In this document: one piece after another, positions 9,384 through 18,882 of the stretch
Position numbering within the stretch: position 1 is the stretch's first letter
Layout: each line of letters begins with the position of its first letter
Assembly: GCA_022844165.1 (NCBI GenBank)
Contig: JALHMH010000052.1
Location: 1 to 26,794, forward strand
Length of the DNA stretch: 26,794 nt
Direction of reading: 5' to 3'
DNA from: Lysobacterales bacterium
Lineage (GTDB): Bacteria > Pseudomonadota > Gammaproteobacteria > Xanthomonadales > SZUA-5
The notes under the pieces: model-generated
Database searches by the model: none
Seen by the model: the letters and a program-made list of their open reading frames with translations, nothing else
Told to the model about the DNA's origin: nothing
Made by a program: the position numbers and the translations under genes

Positions 9384-9508
9384 CCCGTCGGCGCAGCCAC
9401 CGGGCGTTCGGTCGATCGCGCGGCATGCCGCGCAAGCCGATCGTCCTCACGACCGCCAGGGGCAGTTCTCGAGTCGTGCTCTTAGGTCGAGATTCAGTAG
9501 CATCAGGG
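9384..9508 (-). repeat. Diverged inverted partial copy of the same repeat
   Basis: Reverse complement contains GACCGAACGCCCGGTGGCTGCGCCGACGGGC (cf. GCCGAACGACCGGCGGCTGTGCCGCCGGGC in copy A) and CCCTGATGCTACTGAATCTCGAC (cf. CCTTGACGGAGACTGATCTCGAC). Confidence 0.65.
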
Positions 9509-9550
9509 CGCAATCATCATTAACACCATCCACCAAGAGCGACCACAACC

Positions 9551-10522
9551 TTGCATCCCGCACTTGCGCACTGGCTTCGGCTCAACCGGCCCGCTCTGAA
9601 CGCACGGTTCGCCAATGCGCAGCGCCGCTTCGCGACCTTGGATGGTCAGGTGTTTCTGGATTACGTCAAGAACGACATCGACGTCCTGGTGCGTGCATTG
9701 CACAACGCGCGGGACGATCGTATTGCAGAGCTGTGCGAGTCGTTGTTCGAACTGGGCCTGCGGCTTGTTGGTCAGGGCGTTCTTGGGCGGTGTGCGCGCT
9801 ACCCGATGATCTTGCCACTATGGCATGAAATTGCGCTGCGCGCGCCGCGACTGGTGGCGCAATCGCCCCGGCGTTTGTTCGCGGCTTTGGCGAATGCTTG
9901 CATCCACGTTGCGGATCAAGGCCGGTACCCTGAGTTTTATCAGCGCCTCCTCGCGTCCTCGGCGATGGCGGATCTCGATCGTTTTCTCCGCGCCGGTCAG
10001 GTTGCAGCCTGGCGCTCAGGACTCGCGCACTATCGCGCGAGCGCTCTTTCAGCGGCGGCCCACCTGGACGCTGCCGCGCTTGGATTCGCGTTGGATGTGC
10101 CCGCGGAACGGGCACATGCTGAACTCGACGCCCTGAAGGCCAATCGGTGGCATGGCTGCCCAGGCACCGGACCTCGGCTCGTCGCACGTGCTGGTCAGTT
10201 TCGTGGTCTGGGTGGTCCGTTTGTTGCCCCACCACTGGTGGCAACGGTTGGCAAGGAGCTTCTCGCGCGCGCTGGCGACCAGGTGTTTGTCTTGCATGCC
10301 GACGCTTTCGGTAGCAGCTTTCACGCGGTGGCTGGTGAGCTATGGCCGGGACAAAGCGCCGTTCCGCCTGGCGCAAAGCTGCTCGACCAAGGCGTTCGCT
10401 TTGGCACAACAGAGGTATCGATACCGGGCGCGGGGCCGATGACCAGCGTAGCCGTTGCCGATGAGACCTTCGCGCTGACTTGCCAAGGTTCGCATGTCAT
10501 CGCTCTGGGTTCCCTACATTGA
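9551..10522 (+). CDS. Hypothetical protein (helical N-terminal part, GQFRGLGGPF motif, beta-rich C-terminus); TTG start uncertain
   Basis: 323-codon ORF filling the gap on the same strand as its neighbours, protein-like composition, AAGAG upstream. Confidence 0.75.
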   Translation: MHPALAHWLRLNRPALNARFANAQRRFATLDGQVFLDYVKNDIDVLVRALHNARDDRIAELCESLFELGLRLVGQGVLGRCARYPMILPLWHEIALRAPRLVAQSPRRLFAALANACIHVADQGRYPEFYQRLLASSAMADLDRFLRAGQVAAWRSGLAHYRASALSAAAHLDAAALGFALDVPAERAHAELDALKANRWHGCPGTGPRLVARAGQFRGLGGPFVAPPLVATVGKELLARAGDQVFVLHADAFGSSFHAVAGELWPGQSAVPPGAKLLDQGVRFGTTEVSIPGAGPMTSVAVADETFALTCQGSHVIALGSLH

Positions 10523-10648
10523 TCCGGCCTTCGCAAGCGCAACGCTGAGCGAACGCCGAGACGGGTGGTGTGGGTAAGTCAGCTCACCAGCCGGGTGGGC
10601 GCCGAGGTTTCGCGCATTCGAGAATCCGGGCCAGTTCGCTGCCCGAGT

Positions 10649-10692
10649 GAAGCCAACAATGCTCGGCAGTCTGAGGCGAAGCCTCGCGAGTG
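10649..10692 (+). repeat. Short 3' module of the dispersed repeat, copy D
   Basis: GAAGCCAACAATGCTCGGCAGTCTGAGGCGAAGCCTCGCGAGTG, near-identical to the 3' ends of copies A, B and C. Confidence 0.85.
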
Positions 10693-10739
10693 ATCGATTG
10701 CCGAATCCCGTCGCCGCACGCAGCTCAAGCCGCCTGCCT

Positions 10740-10767
10740 CTTGAATTCCGTCGCCTCGCCCTCACTC
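10740..10767 (+). promoter_or_regulatory. Possible sigma32 promoter for grpE
   Basis: CTTGAA-N14-CCTCACTC; -35 matches consensus, -10 degenerate. Confidence 0.45.
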
Positions 10768-10797
10768 CGGGTCCGGACTTAAGCGAAAGGCCTTCCG

Positions 10798-11322
10798 ATG
10801 ACCCCAAGCGACGACACTCAAGATGTGCCGACACAGGATGCCGACGGATTCGGTCCGGCTAACGATGAGCTTGAGCGTGCGCTCGCACGTGTGGCAGAGC
10901 TTGAGGCGCAGGTGGTCCGGGAGCGTGCGGAAGCTGAAAACCAGCGCAAGCGCTGGGTGCGCGAATTTGAGCAGGCCCGGAAGTTCGGTGCCGATCGTGT
11001 ATTGGGCGAGTTGTTTCCGGTGATCGATAGCCTGGAGCAAGGGCAAAAGGCAGCGGAGGCGCCCGGCGCCAACGTCGATACCTTGAAACAAGGCGCGGAG
11101 ATGACGCTAAAGATGCTGCAGAAGCTCGCCGAATCGAGCGGCCTGCATGCCATCGATCCGGTCGGACAAGCATTTAATCCCGAACTCCATCAGGCAGTTG
11201 GAATGCAGCCTCATCCGGATGTTGCCGCAGATCAGGTGATCGCCGTGTTGCAAAAAGGCTATCGCCTGCATGAACGACTACTGCGACCGGCGATGGTTCT
11301 GGTCAGTCAGGGGCCTGGTTGA
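10798..11322 (+). CDS. grpE: Nucleotide exchange factor GrpE
   Basis: RAEAENQRKR, LFPVIDSLE, FNPELHQA, QKGYRLHERLLRPAMVLV; directly upstream of dnaK. Confidence 0.97.
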   Translation: MTPSDDTQDVPTQDADGFGPANDELERALARVAELEAQVVRERAEAENQRKRWVREFEQARKFGADRVLGELFPVIDSLEQGQKAAEAPGANVDTLKQGAEMTLKMLQKLAESSGLHAIDPVGQAFNPELHQAVGMQPHPDVAADQVIAVLQKGYRLHERLLRPAMVLVSQGPG

Positions 11323-11350
11323 TTTGAGTTTTACCGATTCAGCCCCATTT
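11323..11350 (+). promoter_or_regulatory. Putative sigma32 promoter for dnaK
   Basis: TTTGAG-N14-CCCCATTT, close to CTTGAA-N13/14-CCCCATNT. Confidence 0.7.
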
Positions 11351-11402
11351 TGTTTTTATCAGGCCGTTCGGCCCAACAGTTTGAAACTAACGGAGATTCA
11401 CC

Positions 11403-13319
11403 ATGGCGAAGATCATCGGTATCGACCTTGGCACAACCAATTCCTGCGTCGCTGTGATGGAGGGTGGGTCGGTCAAGGTGATTGAAAACTCGGAGGGCGA
11501 TCGTACGACACCGTCCATCGTGGCATTTACCAAAGACAGCGAAGTTCTGGTTGGTGCTTCTGCAAAACGCCAGGCCGTGACGAACCCCAGGAACACCCTG
11601 TTTGCAGTGAAACGCCTGATCGGCCGCAAGTTCAACGAACAAGTGGTGCAAAAGGACGTCGACATCGTCCCTTACACCATTGTCGGCGCCGAGAACGGCG
11701 ACGCCTGGATCGATGCGGGCGGCAAAAAAATGGCGCCACCGGAAATCTCGGCGCGCGTGCTGATGAAAATGAAAAAAACCGCAGAGGACTATCTGGGCGA
11801 ACCAGTGACCGAAGCGGTCATTACCGTGCCCGCTTACTTCAATGACAGCCAGCGACAAGCGACGAAAGACGCAGGCCGCATTGCAGGTCTGGAGGTCAAG
11901 CGCATCATCAATGAACCGACCGCGGCTGCTTTGGCCTACGGTCTGGACAAAAAAGGCGCGGGCGACCGCAAGATCGCTGTCTACGATCTGGGTGGTGGCA
12001 CCTTCGATATCTCGATCATCGAGATTGCCGAAATCGACGGCGAGAAGCAGTTCGAGGTGCTTGCCACCAACGGCGACACCTTCCTCGGCGGCGAAGACTT
12101 CGACCGCCGCGTGATCGACTTTTTGGTCGACGAGTTCCGTAAGGAACAGGGTATCGATCTGCGCAATGATCCACTGGCGTTGCAGCGGCTCAAGGATGCG
12201 GCCGAGCGCGCCAAGATCGAATTGTCGTCGTCGATGCAGACGGACGTCAGTCTGCCGTACGTGACCATGGATGCGTCGGGGCCGAAGCACTTGAACGTCA
12301 AATTGACGCGCGCAAAACTCGAGTCCCTGGTCGACGATCTGGTCAAGCGCACCATCGATCCGTGCCGCACGGCGCTGACCGATGCTGGCCTGCGGGTATC
12401 CGATATCTCCGAAGTGATTTTGGTCGGTGGTCAGACGCGGATGCCCAAAGTACAGGACGCGGTCAAAGAGTTCTTCGGTAAAGAGCCGCGCAAAGATGTG
12501 AATCCGGATGAAGCCGTCGCGATGGGCGCGGCAATTCAAGGTGGCGTGTTGGCCGGCACCGTCAAGGATGTGCTGCTGCTCGACGTGACGCCACTGTCAT
12601 TGGGAATCGAGACGCTCGGTGGTGTGATGACCAAGTTGATCGAAAAGAACACGACCATCCCAACGCGAGCCGCCCAAGTGTTTTCGACCGCGGAAGACAG
12701 TCAAACGGCCGTTACCGTGCACGTTTTGCAGGGCGAGCGCGATCAGGCGCGGTTTAACAAAAGCCTGGCGAAATTCGACCTGGCCGGAATTGAGCCAGCG
12801 CCACGCGGAATGCCACAGGTCGAAGTCACCTTCGACATCGATGCCAATGGGATCCTGCACGTATCGGCGAAGGACAAGAAGACGGGCAAAGAGCAGCGCA
12901 TTGAGATCAAAGCGGGATCCGGTCTGTCGGAAGAAGAAATCCAGCAGATGGTCAAGGACGCTGAAGCGCATCGCGATGAGGACAAGAAGTTCCATGAACT
13001 CGTGAGCGCACGCAATCAGGCCGATGCACTGTTGCACGACACCCGCAAGGCCATCAAGGACGCGGGCGACAAAGTGGACGGTGCAACCATCGGCAAGGTC
13101 GAAGGCGCACTTGCGGAACTGGAAGCTGCGATGAAGGGCGACAACAAGTCCCAGATCGATGCTAAAACTCAGGCATTGATCGAAGCGTCGGCATCCTTGC
13201 GTGCCGCCGCGAGCGCCAGCTCGCAGGGGCCGGCGCCGAATGCAGAACCGCAGGCGCAAAAGGCGCCGGATGATGTCGTCGATGCCGAATTCACAGAAGT
13301 TGACGGCGACAAACGTTGA
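11403..13319 (+). CDS. dnaK: Chaperone DnaK (Hsp70)
   Basis: [35 protein letters not shown] tail; GGAG RBS. Confidence 0.99.
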   Translation: MAKIIGIDLGTTNSCVAVMEGGSVKVIENSEGDRTTPSIVAFTKDSEVLVGASAKRQAVTNPRNTLFAVKRLIGRKFNEQVVQKDVDIVPYTIVGAENGDAWIDAGGKKMAPPEISARVLMKMKKTAEDYLGEPVTEAVITVPAYFNDSQRQATKDAGRIAGLEVKRIINEPTAAALAYGLDKKGAGDRKIAVYDLGGGTFDISIIEIAEIDGEKQFEVLATNGDTFLGGEDFDRRVIDFLVDEFRKEQGIDLRNDPLALQRLKDAAERAKIELSSSMQTDVSLPYVTMDASGPKHLNVKLTRAKLESLVDDLVKRTIDPCRTALTDAGLRVSDISEVILVGGQTRMPKVQDAVKEFFGKEPRKDVNPDEAVAMGAAIQGGVLAGTVKDVLLLDVTPLSLGIETLGGVMTKLIEKNTTIPTRAAQVFSTAEDSQTAVTVHVLQGERDQARFNKSLAKFDLAGIEPAPRGMPQVEVTFDIDANGILHVSAKDKKTGKEQRIEIKAGSGLSEEEIQQMVKDAEAHRDEDKKFHELVSARNQADALLHDTRKAIKDAGDKVDGATIGKVEGALAELEAAMKGDNKSQIDAKTQALIEASASLRAAASASSQGPAPNAEPQAQKAPDDVVDAEFTEVDGDKR

Positions 13320-13341
13320 GCGATCACCCTTAGCAACCCGC

Positions 13342-13370
13342 GCCCTTCTCCCCTACAGCGGGAGAGGGGC
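13342..13370. other. GC-rich hairpin between dnaK and dnaJ (REP-like or mRNA-stabilising)
   Basis: GCCCTTCTCCC-N7-GGGAGAGGGGC; no U-tract. Confidence 0.55.
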
Positions 13371-13429
13371 AGCGGGCGTTTAGGCGTACTGATGAACGGA
13401 CGCCGCCCGATTTCCCCAATAAACGCCCT

Positions 13430-14548
13430 ATGAGCAAACGCGACTACTACGAAATTCTGGGCGTCTCCAAGTCGGCCTCAGACGAAGACATCAAGAAGGC
13501 GTTTCGGCGTCTTGCCATGAAGCTTCATCCGGACCGTAATCCGGACGATCCGCAGGCTCAGGAGAAATTCAAGGAAGCCAAGGAAGCTTACGAAGTCTTG
13601 TCTGACGCCAATCAGCGCGCTACCTATGACCGCTTCGGACATGCCGGACTCGGCCAGAGCGGTGGTCGCAGCAGTGCCGGCGGCCCGGACTTGGGCGATA
13701 TCTTTGGCGACATCTTTGGCGACATTTTTGGCGGTCGTGCTGGCGGTGCCCAGCGCCAGCGACGCGGCAGCGATCTGCGTTATGTGCTGGAGCTTGATCT
13801 CGAGGATGCGGTGAACGGCGTCGAGCGCGAGATTACAATCCCTACGCAAGTGTCCTGTCATCATTGCGCCGGATCAGGTTCCGCCGACGGCAAGACCACA
13901 ACATGCAAAACCTGCAATGGCCACGGTCGCGTGCGCATGCAGAATGGCATTTTCTCGATACAACAGACCTGTCCAACCTGCGGCGGTAGCGGCAAGACTA
14001 TTGCCAATCCGTGCAGTTATTGTCGCGGCAGCGGCGTGCTTGAGGACGAAAAACGTGTTCGAGTGAAGATTCCGGCTGGCGTCGATCAGGGCGATCGCAT
14101 TCGCCTCAGCGGCGAGGGCGAGGTTGGCCCCAAGGGCTCGACACCAGGCGATCTGTATGTTGAAGTCGCGGTGCGCGAACACAAGATATTCAAACGCGAT
14201 GGCGACGACCTTTACTGCGAGATTCCGATTCGCTTCACCACGGCGGCACTCGGCGGCGAACTCAAAGTGCCGACGCTTGGCGGCAGCGCGATGCTCAAGA
14301 TCCCCGATGGAACACAGAGCGGCAAAATTTTCCGTCTTCGAGGGAAGGGGGTTCAGTCGGTACGCAGCAATAGCGTTGGCGATTTACTGTGCCGCGTGAA
14401 CGTCGAGACGCCGGTGAAGCTCACTGCGGAACAGCGTGAGTTGCTGGAGCAGCTCGATACATCCATGGGCGGCGAGGGCGGTCATACGCCGCAGTCGGCC
14501 AGTTGGCTCGATAGCGTTAAGGACTTCTTTTCGCGAATCGGAGCTTAG
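13430..14548 (+). CDS. dnaJ: Chaperone DnaJ
   Basis: J-domain with HPD, G/F region with DIF repeats, four CxxCxGxG motifs. Confidence 0.99.
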   Translation: MSKRDYYEILGVSKSASDEDIKKAFRRLAMKLHPDRNPDDPQAQEKFKEAKEAYEVLSDANQRATYDRFGHAGLGQSGGRSSAGGPDLGDIFGDIFGDIFGGRAGGAQRQRRGSDLRYVLELDLEDAVNGVEREITIPTQVSCHHCAGSGSADGKTTTCKTCNGHGRVRMQNGIFSIQQTCPTCGGSGKTIANPCSYCRGSGVLEDEKRVRVKIPAGVDQGDRIRLSGEGEVGPKGSTPGDLYVEVAVREHKIFKRDGDDLYCEIPIRFTTAALGGELKVPTLGGSAMLKIPDGTQSGKIFRLRGKGVQSVRSNSVGDLLCRVNVETPVKLTAEQRELLEQLDTSMGGEGGHTPQSASWLDSVKDFFSRIGA

Positions 14549-14738
14549 TCAGTTGGGCGGTGCGCGGGTTCTGTGAGACTGAATCGTCGGCAATGGTTGA
14601 TCTGGTGGCCCTCGATATCGATTCGCCGCAGGAATTCCGATACCTTTGGACGAAGGCCGGGGGCAGTCATCTGTTCCTGTCCTTTGGAAAACCGACTTGA
14701 CAGCTGGTTTCCCGCCAGATTGCGGGCTTTCACGTTCG

Positions 14739-14767
14739 TTGCCTCCGCTGAAATCGCCTGATATAAA
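14739..14767 (+). promoter_or_regulatory. Putative sigma70 promoter for hupB-tRNAs
   Basis: TTGCCT-N17-TATAAA. Confidence 0.55.
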
Positions 14768-14916
14768 GCGGTCGCGCTGATCGTTGGCGCATGACGAAGC
14801 GAGCAAAATCCAACGGTCCACCCTGTGGCGCCGCTCTGAAACGAAGAGCTCAAAGCCCATCCCCATAACCACAATGTCGGCGTACAGTTGCAGCCGACCT
14901 CGAAGGGAGTTTTCTG

Positions 14917-15189
14917 ATGAAAAAAAATGACATCATCGCCGCAATCGCCGACGCAGCCGATCTCAGCAAGGCAGATGCCGGCCGTGCACTGGATGCATTT
15001 ATCGCCGTTGTGACGAAGTCGCTAAAGGCTGGCGACAGCGTCACCTTGACAGGCTTCGGCACCTTTGACGTGCGTAAACGCGCCGCACGCCAGGGCCGCA
15101 ATCCGCAAACCGGTGCCACGATCAAGATCAAGGCGTCGAAGAATCCGGGTTTCAAAGCTGGCAAAGCGCTCAAAGATGCTGTAAACTGA
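14917..15189 (+). CDS. hupB: DNA-binding protein HU
   Basis: [27 protein letters not shown]; upstream of tRNAs and ppiD. Confidence 0.96.
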   Translation: MKKNDIIAAIADAADLSKADAGRALDAFIAVVTKSLKAGDSVTLTGFGTFDVRKRAARQGRNPQTGATIKIKASKNPGFKAGKALKDAVN

Positions 15190-15203
15190 CGGGCTCGTCG
15201 GCT

Positions 15204-15278
15204 GGGTGCTTAGCTCAGCGGTAGAGCGTCGCCCTTACAAGGCGAGGGTCGGGGGTTCGATCCCCTCAGCACCCACCA
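15204..15278 (+). tRNA. tRNA-Val(TAC)
   Basis: Cloverleaf: GGGTGCT/AGCACCC acceptor, TCGCC-CTTACAA-GGCGA anticodon arm, GGTTCGA T-loop, encoded CCA. Confidence 0.97.
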
Positions 15279-15288
15279 TAGGTTCCAT

Positions 15289-15365
15289 GGAGCGGTAGTT
15301 CAGTCGGTTAGAATACCGGCCTGTCACGCCGGGGGTCGCGGGTTCGAGCCCCGTCCGCTCCGCCA
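15289..15365 (+). tRNA. tRNA-Asp(GTC)
   Basis: GGAGCGG/CCGCTCC acceptor, CCGGC-CTGTCAC-GCCGG anticodon arm, GGTTCGAG, encoded CCA. Confidence 0.97.
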
Positions 15366-15372
15366 ATACCGT

Positions 15373-15405
15373 CACGGGCGCCCTTGCGGCGCCCGTGCCG
15401 TTTGT
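15373..15405 (+). terminator. Hairpin after tRNA-Asp (weak terminator or processing site)
   Basis: CACGGGCGCC-CTTGC-GGCGCCCGTG followed by CCGTTTGT. Confidence 0.55.
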
Positions 15406-15457
15406 GGGGTCGGCTTCTAAATCCGATCTACAATCAACGAAGACGCGAGATCGATCC

Positions 15458-17362
15458 ATGTTGCAAGCGATGCGGGAAAAATTCTCAGGATGGGTGTTGA
15501 TCCTGATCGTGGGGCTGCTGGCTGTGCCATTTGCACTGTTCGGCATCAACAACTACTTCCAGGCGCAGGTCGAAAACTACGTCGCCAAGGTGGGCGATGA
15601 AGAAATCGAACCTCGTAGTTTGCAAGATCGTCTGGAGCAGCAACGAATTCAGATGCGGCAGATGTTGGGTGAAGACACACCGCTTGACTTTCTGAATACA
15701 GAAGAGAACAAGCGCCGAATTGTCGATGCTCTTGTCGATGAAGAGTTGTTGGTCCAGGACGCCCGCGCAGCTGGCGTGGAGGTTCCAGCCAGTAAACTGC
15801 AAGAGGTTCTGCTTGCGGTCGACAGTTTCAAGTCGAACGGAACCTTCGATCCAGATTTGTATCGCGCTTTTCTGAGAAATCGTGGGTACAGTACCGGCGC
15901 GTTCGAAGCGTTGCTGGCCCGCGATATTCTTGGCCGGGAGATCTCCAGCCGGCTCGGAGGGAGCAGCTTTGTCAGTGAAGCAGAAGTCGATGCTTATCTG
16001 AAAGTCTTCAATCAGACCCGGACATTCAGCCATCTGCGGATCGGCTCTGCCGAACAGATCCTGGCAGAACCAGTTTCAGAGGACGCCATCACAAAACGCT
16101 TCGAAGAGAAAAAAACCGACTACACAACGCCAGAGCAGATTGTGCTCGAGTACGTCGAGTTGAATGCTGCCGAGTTCCAGATCGAGGCGGCCACCGATGA
16201 GGCTCTGCGGGAGAGCTACGAGCGGCAGGCGAATCGATTTGTGGTGCCGGAGCAGAGACTCGCATCGCATGTGCTCGTAGAGGTTGCTACAGGGGCGGAT
16301 GCTGAAGTGCAGAAGGCGGCGTTGGCCGAGGCTGAGAAATTGCTCGCCGAGATTCGCGGCGGTCGGTCTCTGGCCGATGTGGCGAAGGAACACTCGGACG
16401 ACCTGGGCTCGAAGGCGACCGGCGGCGATCTTGGTTGGATTGAAAAGGGCGCAAACGATGCGGCTTTCGATGACGCGCTTTTCGCATTGAAGGCTGGCGA
16501 AATTTCTGAGCCGGTGCTCGGCAGTAACGGCTATCACATCATCGAACTTCGCGAGGTGCGTGCCGAGAATCGCAAGCAATTCGAAGAAGTTCGGTCGGAG
16601 TTACTGGCCAGCTTCGAATCGACGGAGCGCGAACGGATTTACAACGAACGCGCAGGGCAATTGCTGGATGCAATCCACCGCGACCCGCAGTCGCTGAAAG
16701 GCCCGGCCGAAGCAGCTGGATTGACGCTCAAAACAACTGAGGCTTTCGCGAAGAACGCCGCGACAGGGATCGCGCTCAATCCGCAAGTACTGGAAGAGGC
16801 ATTCGGCGAGATGGTGCTCGATCGCGGCCAGACCAGCGATCTGATCGATATCACGCCGAATCATGCCGTCGCGATTCGCGTGTTGGAGCGGATTGCGCCC
16901 AAACAACGAGAACTTGCCGAAGTTCGGGCTCAAGTTGAGGCTGAACTAAAGTTGGAGGCGCAACGCGAGCTGTTGAATGCTCAGGCAACTGACCTTGAGA
17001 AGCGTCTGGCGACCGAGGCGCTCGACACGATTGCGACGGCGCTTGGCAAGACAGCCGAGAAAGCGGAGGCCGTCGTCCGTACCGCCGCAAACCTTGACCC
17101 AAATTTGTTGACGGAAGTGTTCAAGCTGCCTCGCCCAGGAGCGGCTCCCTTGCGGCGGGTCATCAGGCTCAATGACGACGAGAAAGTTTTGGTCGAACTC
17201 AGTTCGGTAGTGGACGGCGATCCAAAGACGGCAGAGCAGGCGGCGCGAGATGGCGCCAAGGCGCAGCTGTTGTCGCAGTGGCAAGCGACTGAATCGAGCG
17301 CCTACGTTAAGGCGCTTCGGCAGGGCGTCGAGATTGAGATTGCCGAAGACCGTCTGCGATAA
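15458..17362 (+). CDS. ppiD: Membrane-anchored periplasmic chaperone/PPIase PpiD (SurA N-terminal + rotamase)
   Basis: MLQAMREK start, N-terminal TM helix, parvulin motifs SHVLV, SDDLGSKATGGDLGW, GYHII; synteny after hupB. Confidence 0.93.
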   Translation: MLQAMREKFSGWVLILIVGLLAVPFALFGINNYFQAQVENYVAKVGDEEIEPRSLQDRLEQQRIQMRQMLGEDTPLDFLNTEENKRRIVDALVDEELLVQDARAAGVEVPASKLQEVLLAVDSFKSNGTFDPDLYRAFLRNRGYSTGAFEALLARDILGREISSRLGGSSFVSEAEVDAYLKVFNQTRTFSHLRIGSAEQILAEPVSEDAITKRFEEKKTDYTTPEQIVLEYVELNAAEFQIEAATDEALRESYERQANRFVVPEQRLASHVLVEVATGADAEVQKAALAEAEKLLAEIRGGRSLADVAKEHSDDLGSKATGGDLGWIEKGANDAAFDDALFALKAGEISEPVLGSNGYHIIELREVRAENRKQFEEVRSELLASFESTERERIYNERAGQLLDAIHRDPQSLKGPAEAAGLTLKTTEAFAKNAATGIALNPQVLEEAFGEMVLDRGQTSDLIDITPNHAVAIRVLERIAPKQRELAEVRAQVEAELKLEAQRELLNAQATDLEKRLATEALDTIATALGKTAEKAEAVVRTAANLDPNLLTEVFKLPRPGAAPLRRVIRLNDDEKVLVELSSVVDGDPKTAEQAARDGAKAQLLSQWQATESSAYVKALRQGVEIEIAEDRLR

Positions 17363-17628
17363 GCTGCGGCTGCTTCCGGTCTTGTAGGGGCCGGAATGCA
17401 GCGGTCCATGACGAGTGGGTCAGGCTGAGGCGCCCTCTCGACGGAGCGTAATCTTGTTTATTGAGTCGAATTTCCTATGAACCGGCTTGGGCTCCTGGTG
17501 CCCCTTGAGTCATTGTGCGCAAGATGTGCGGGATTGTTGCGAGTTTGCCGACGCATGCATTCACGCATGAATGTTGGTCTTGGGCGAGGCCCCGACATTC
17601 ATGATTCGCACCTCGCGAAGGTCGGGCA

Positions 17629-18882
17629 ATGAATTCGATTCGCGGTGGTTTCCTTTTCCTCCTAAGTGCTTTGCCAGTTCTGGCGCAGGATTGGTCGACC
17701 GAGGCCGTATTCGAGCGACATCAGGATGCCGTCGTGCAGGTGCGCATCATTGACGCCAAGGGTGGCGCCAAGCGTTCGATCGGCAGCGGGTTTCTGATCA
17801 GCGATGATGGTCAGCTGATCAGCAACTTTCATGTCGTTTCGGACTTCGTGCACCATCCTGGCGAATACCGGGCCGAATGGCACACGGACGATGGCCAGAG
17901 CGGCGAACTTGAGTTGCTCAATGTCGATGTCGTACACGATTTGGCGCTGTTGCGTGGCGAGGCGTTAACGAGCCGGAAGTTCCTGGCGGTCGAGAGCAAT
18001 CTGCCAAAAATGGGCGAGCGCATTTTTTCGCTCGGCGTGCCCTACGACTTGGGTTTGACGATTGTCGAAGGCAACTACAACGGGCTGTTGGAAAAGTCCT
18101 TGTACGAGCGAATTCACCTGACGGCTTCGATCAATCCTGGCATGAGCGGCGGGCCGGCCATTGATCGCTTCGGCAACGTCATCGGCGTGAATGTCGCCAG
18201 CGCAGGCGATCAGGTGAGTTTTCTGATTCCGTCGAGTTATGTCATTGGTTTGCTGCGCCGCGAACCGAAAGCAGAAGGCGATCTGTTCGACACCATTGGT
18301 GAGCAACTGGTCGAAAATCAGCGCCGTTATTTGATGGAATTGACGGCAGCGCCTTTCGTGAGCACGCGTTTGGGCGCGTATACGGTTCCCGGAGCATTGG
18401 CTCGCTATATCAACTGTTGGAGCCAGACGAACCAGGACAACGACCGCCTCGTCGATCACACCGAACTCTCATGCCAGAGCGAGGACGATGTCTATCTATC
18501 CGAAGAGTTGAGCACTGGCGCCATTCGTTTCGAACACGAGCTCCTGCAGGCGCGTGAGATCGGAGGGCGGCGGTTCTGGGCGATGATGGAACGCCACTTT
18601 GCGGCGTTCTACGGGAGTCTGGGCGGCAGCAAGAGGACCATGACCGAGTTCCAGTGCCAGAGCGGGTTCGTCGAAGCGAATGAACTCAAGCGGAAGTTGA
18701 TACTGTGTGTGCGCGCCTACCGTGAGTTTCCTGGGTTGTACGACATCGTGCAACGGCAGGTAAGCGTCGAAAGCGACATCAAGGCACTGCAATCGACCCT
18801 GGTGCTGACGGGCGTCGATCGCAAGCTGGGCCTGGATTTCGCTCAGCGTGTCGTTGCAGCAATTGCAAAGGAGCAGCCGTGA
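17629..18882 (+). CDS. Exported trypsin-like (S1) serine protease with a Cys-containing C-terminal domain
   Basis: Signal peptide, GSGF, SNFHVV (His), DLALL (Asp), NPGMSGGP (Ser). Confidence 0.88.
   Translation: MNSIRGGFLFLLSALPVLAQDWSTEAVFERHQDAVVQVRIIDAKGGAKRSIGSGFLISDDGQLISNFHVVSDFVHHPGEYRAEWHTDDGQSGELELLNVDVVHDLALLRGEALTSRKFLAVESNLPKMGERIFSLGVPYDLGLTIVEGNYNGLLEKSLYERIHLTASINPGMSGGPAIDRFGNVIGVNVASAGDQVSFLIPSSYVIGLLRREPKAEGDLFDTIGEQLVENQRRYLMELTAAPFVSTRLGAYTVPGALARYINCWSQTNQDNDRLVDHTELSCQSEDDVYLSEELSTGAIRFEHELLQAREIGGRRFWAMMERHFAAFYGSLGGSKRTMTEFQCQSGFVEANELKRKLILCVRAYREFPGLYDIVQRQVSVESDIKALQSTLVLTGVDRKLGLDFAQRVVAAIAKEQP

Noticed and set aside
9195-9485. Apparent paralogous small ORFs 9195-9485, 24879-25136 and 10647-10862 sharing KPxMLxxLRRSL
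   Set aside because: Similarity is confined to the DNA repeat, ends differ and no RBS is evident; these are translations of a non-coding element.
9074-10692. CRISPR array
   Set aside because: Repeats are long, dispersed and irregularly spaced, with no unique ~30-bp spacers and no cas genes.
11331-12539. Long antisense or alternate-frame ORFs over dnaK, the helicase, dnaE2 and the ATPase
   Set aside because: Typical shadow ORFs of high-GC coding sequence with no recognisable motifs.
15204-15457. Prophage or island attachment site at the tRNAs
   Set aside because: No integrase and no duplicated tRNA 3' end seen; ppiD follows in its usual position.
17369-17402. Imperfect hairpin after ppiD as a terminator
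   Set aside because: Bulged stem and no U-tract; too weak to call.
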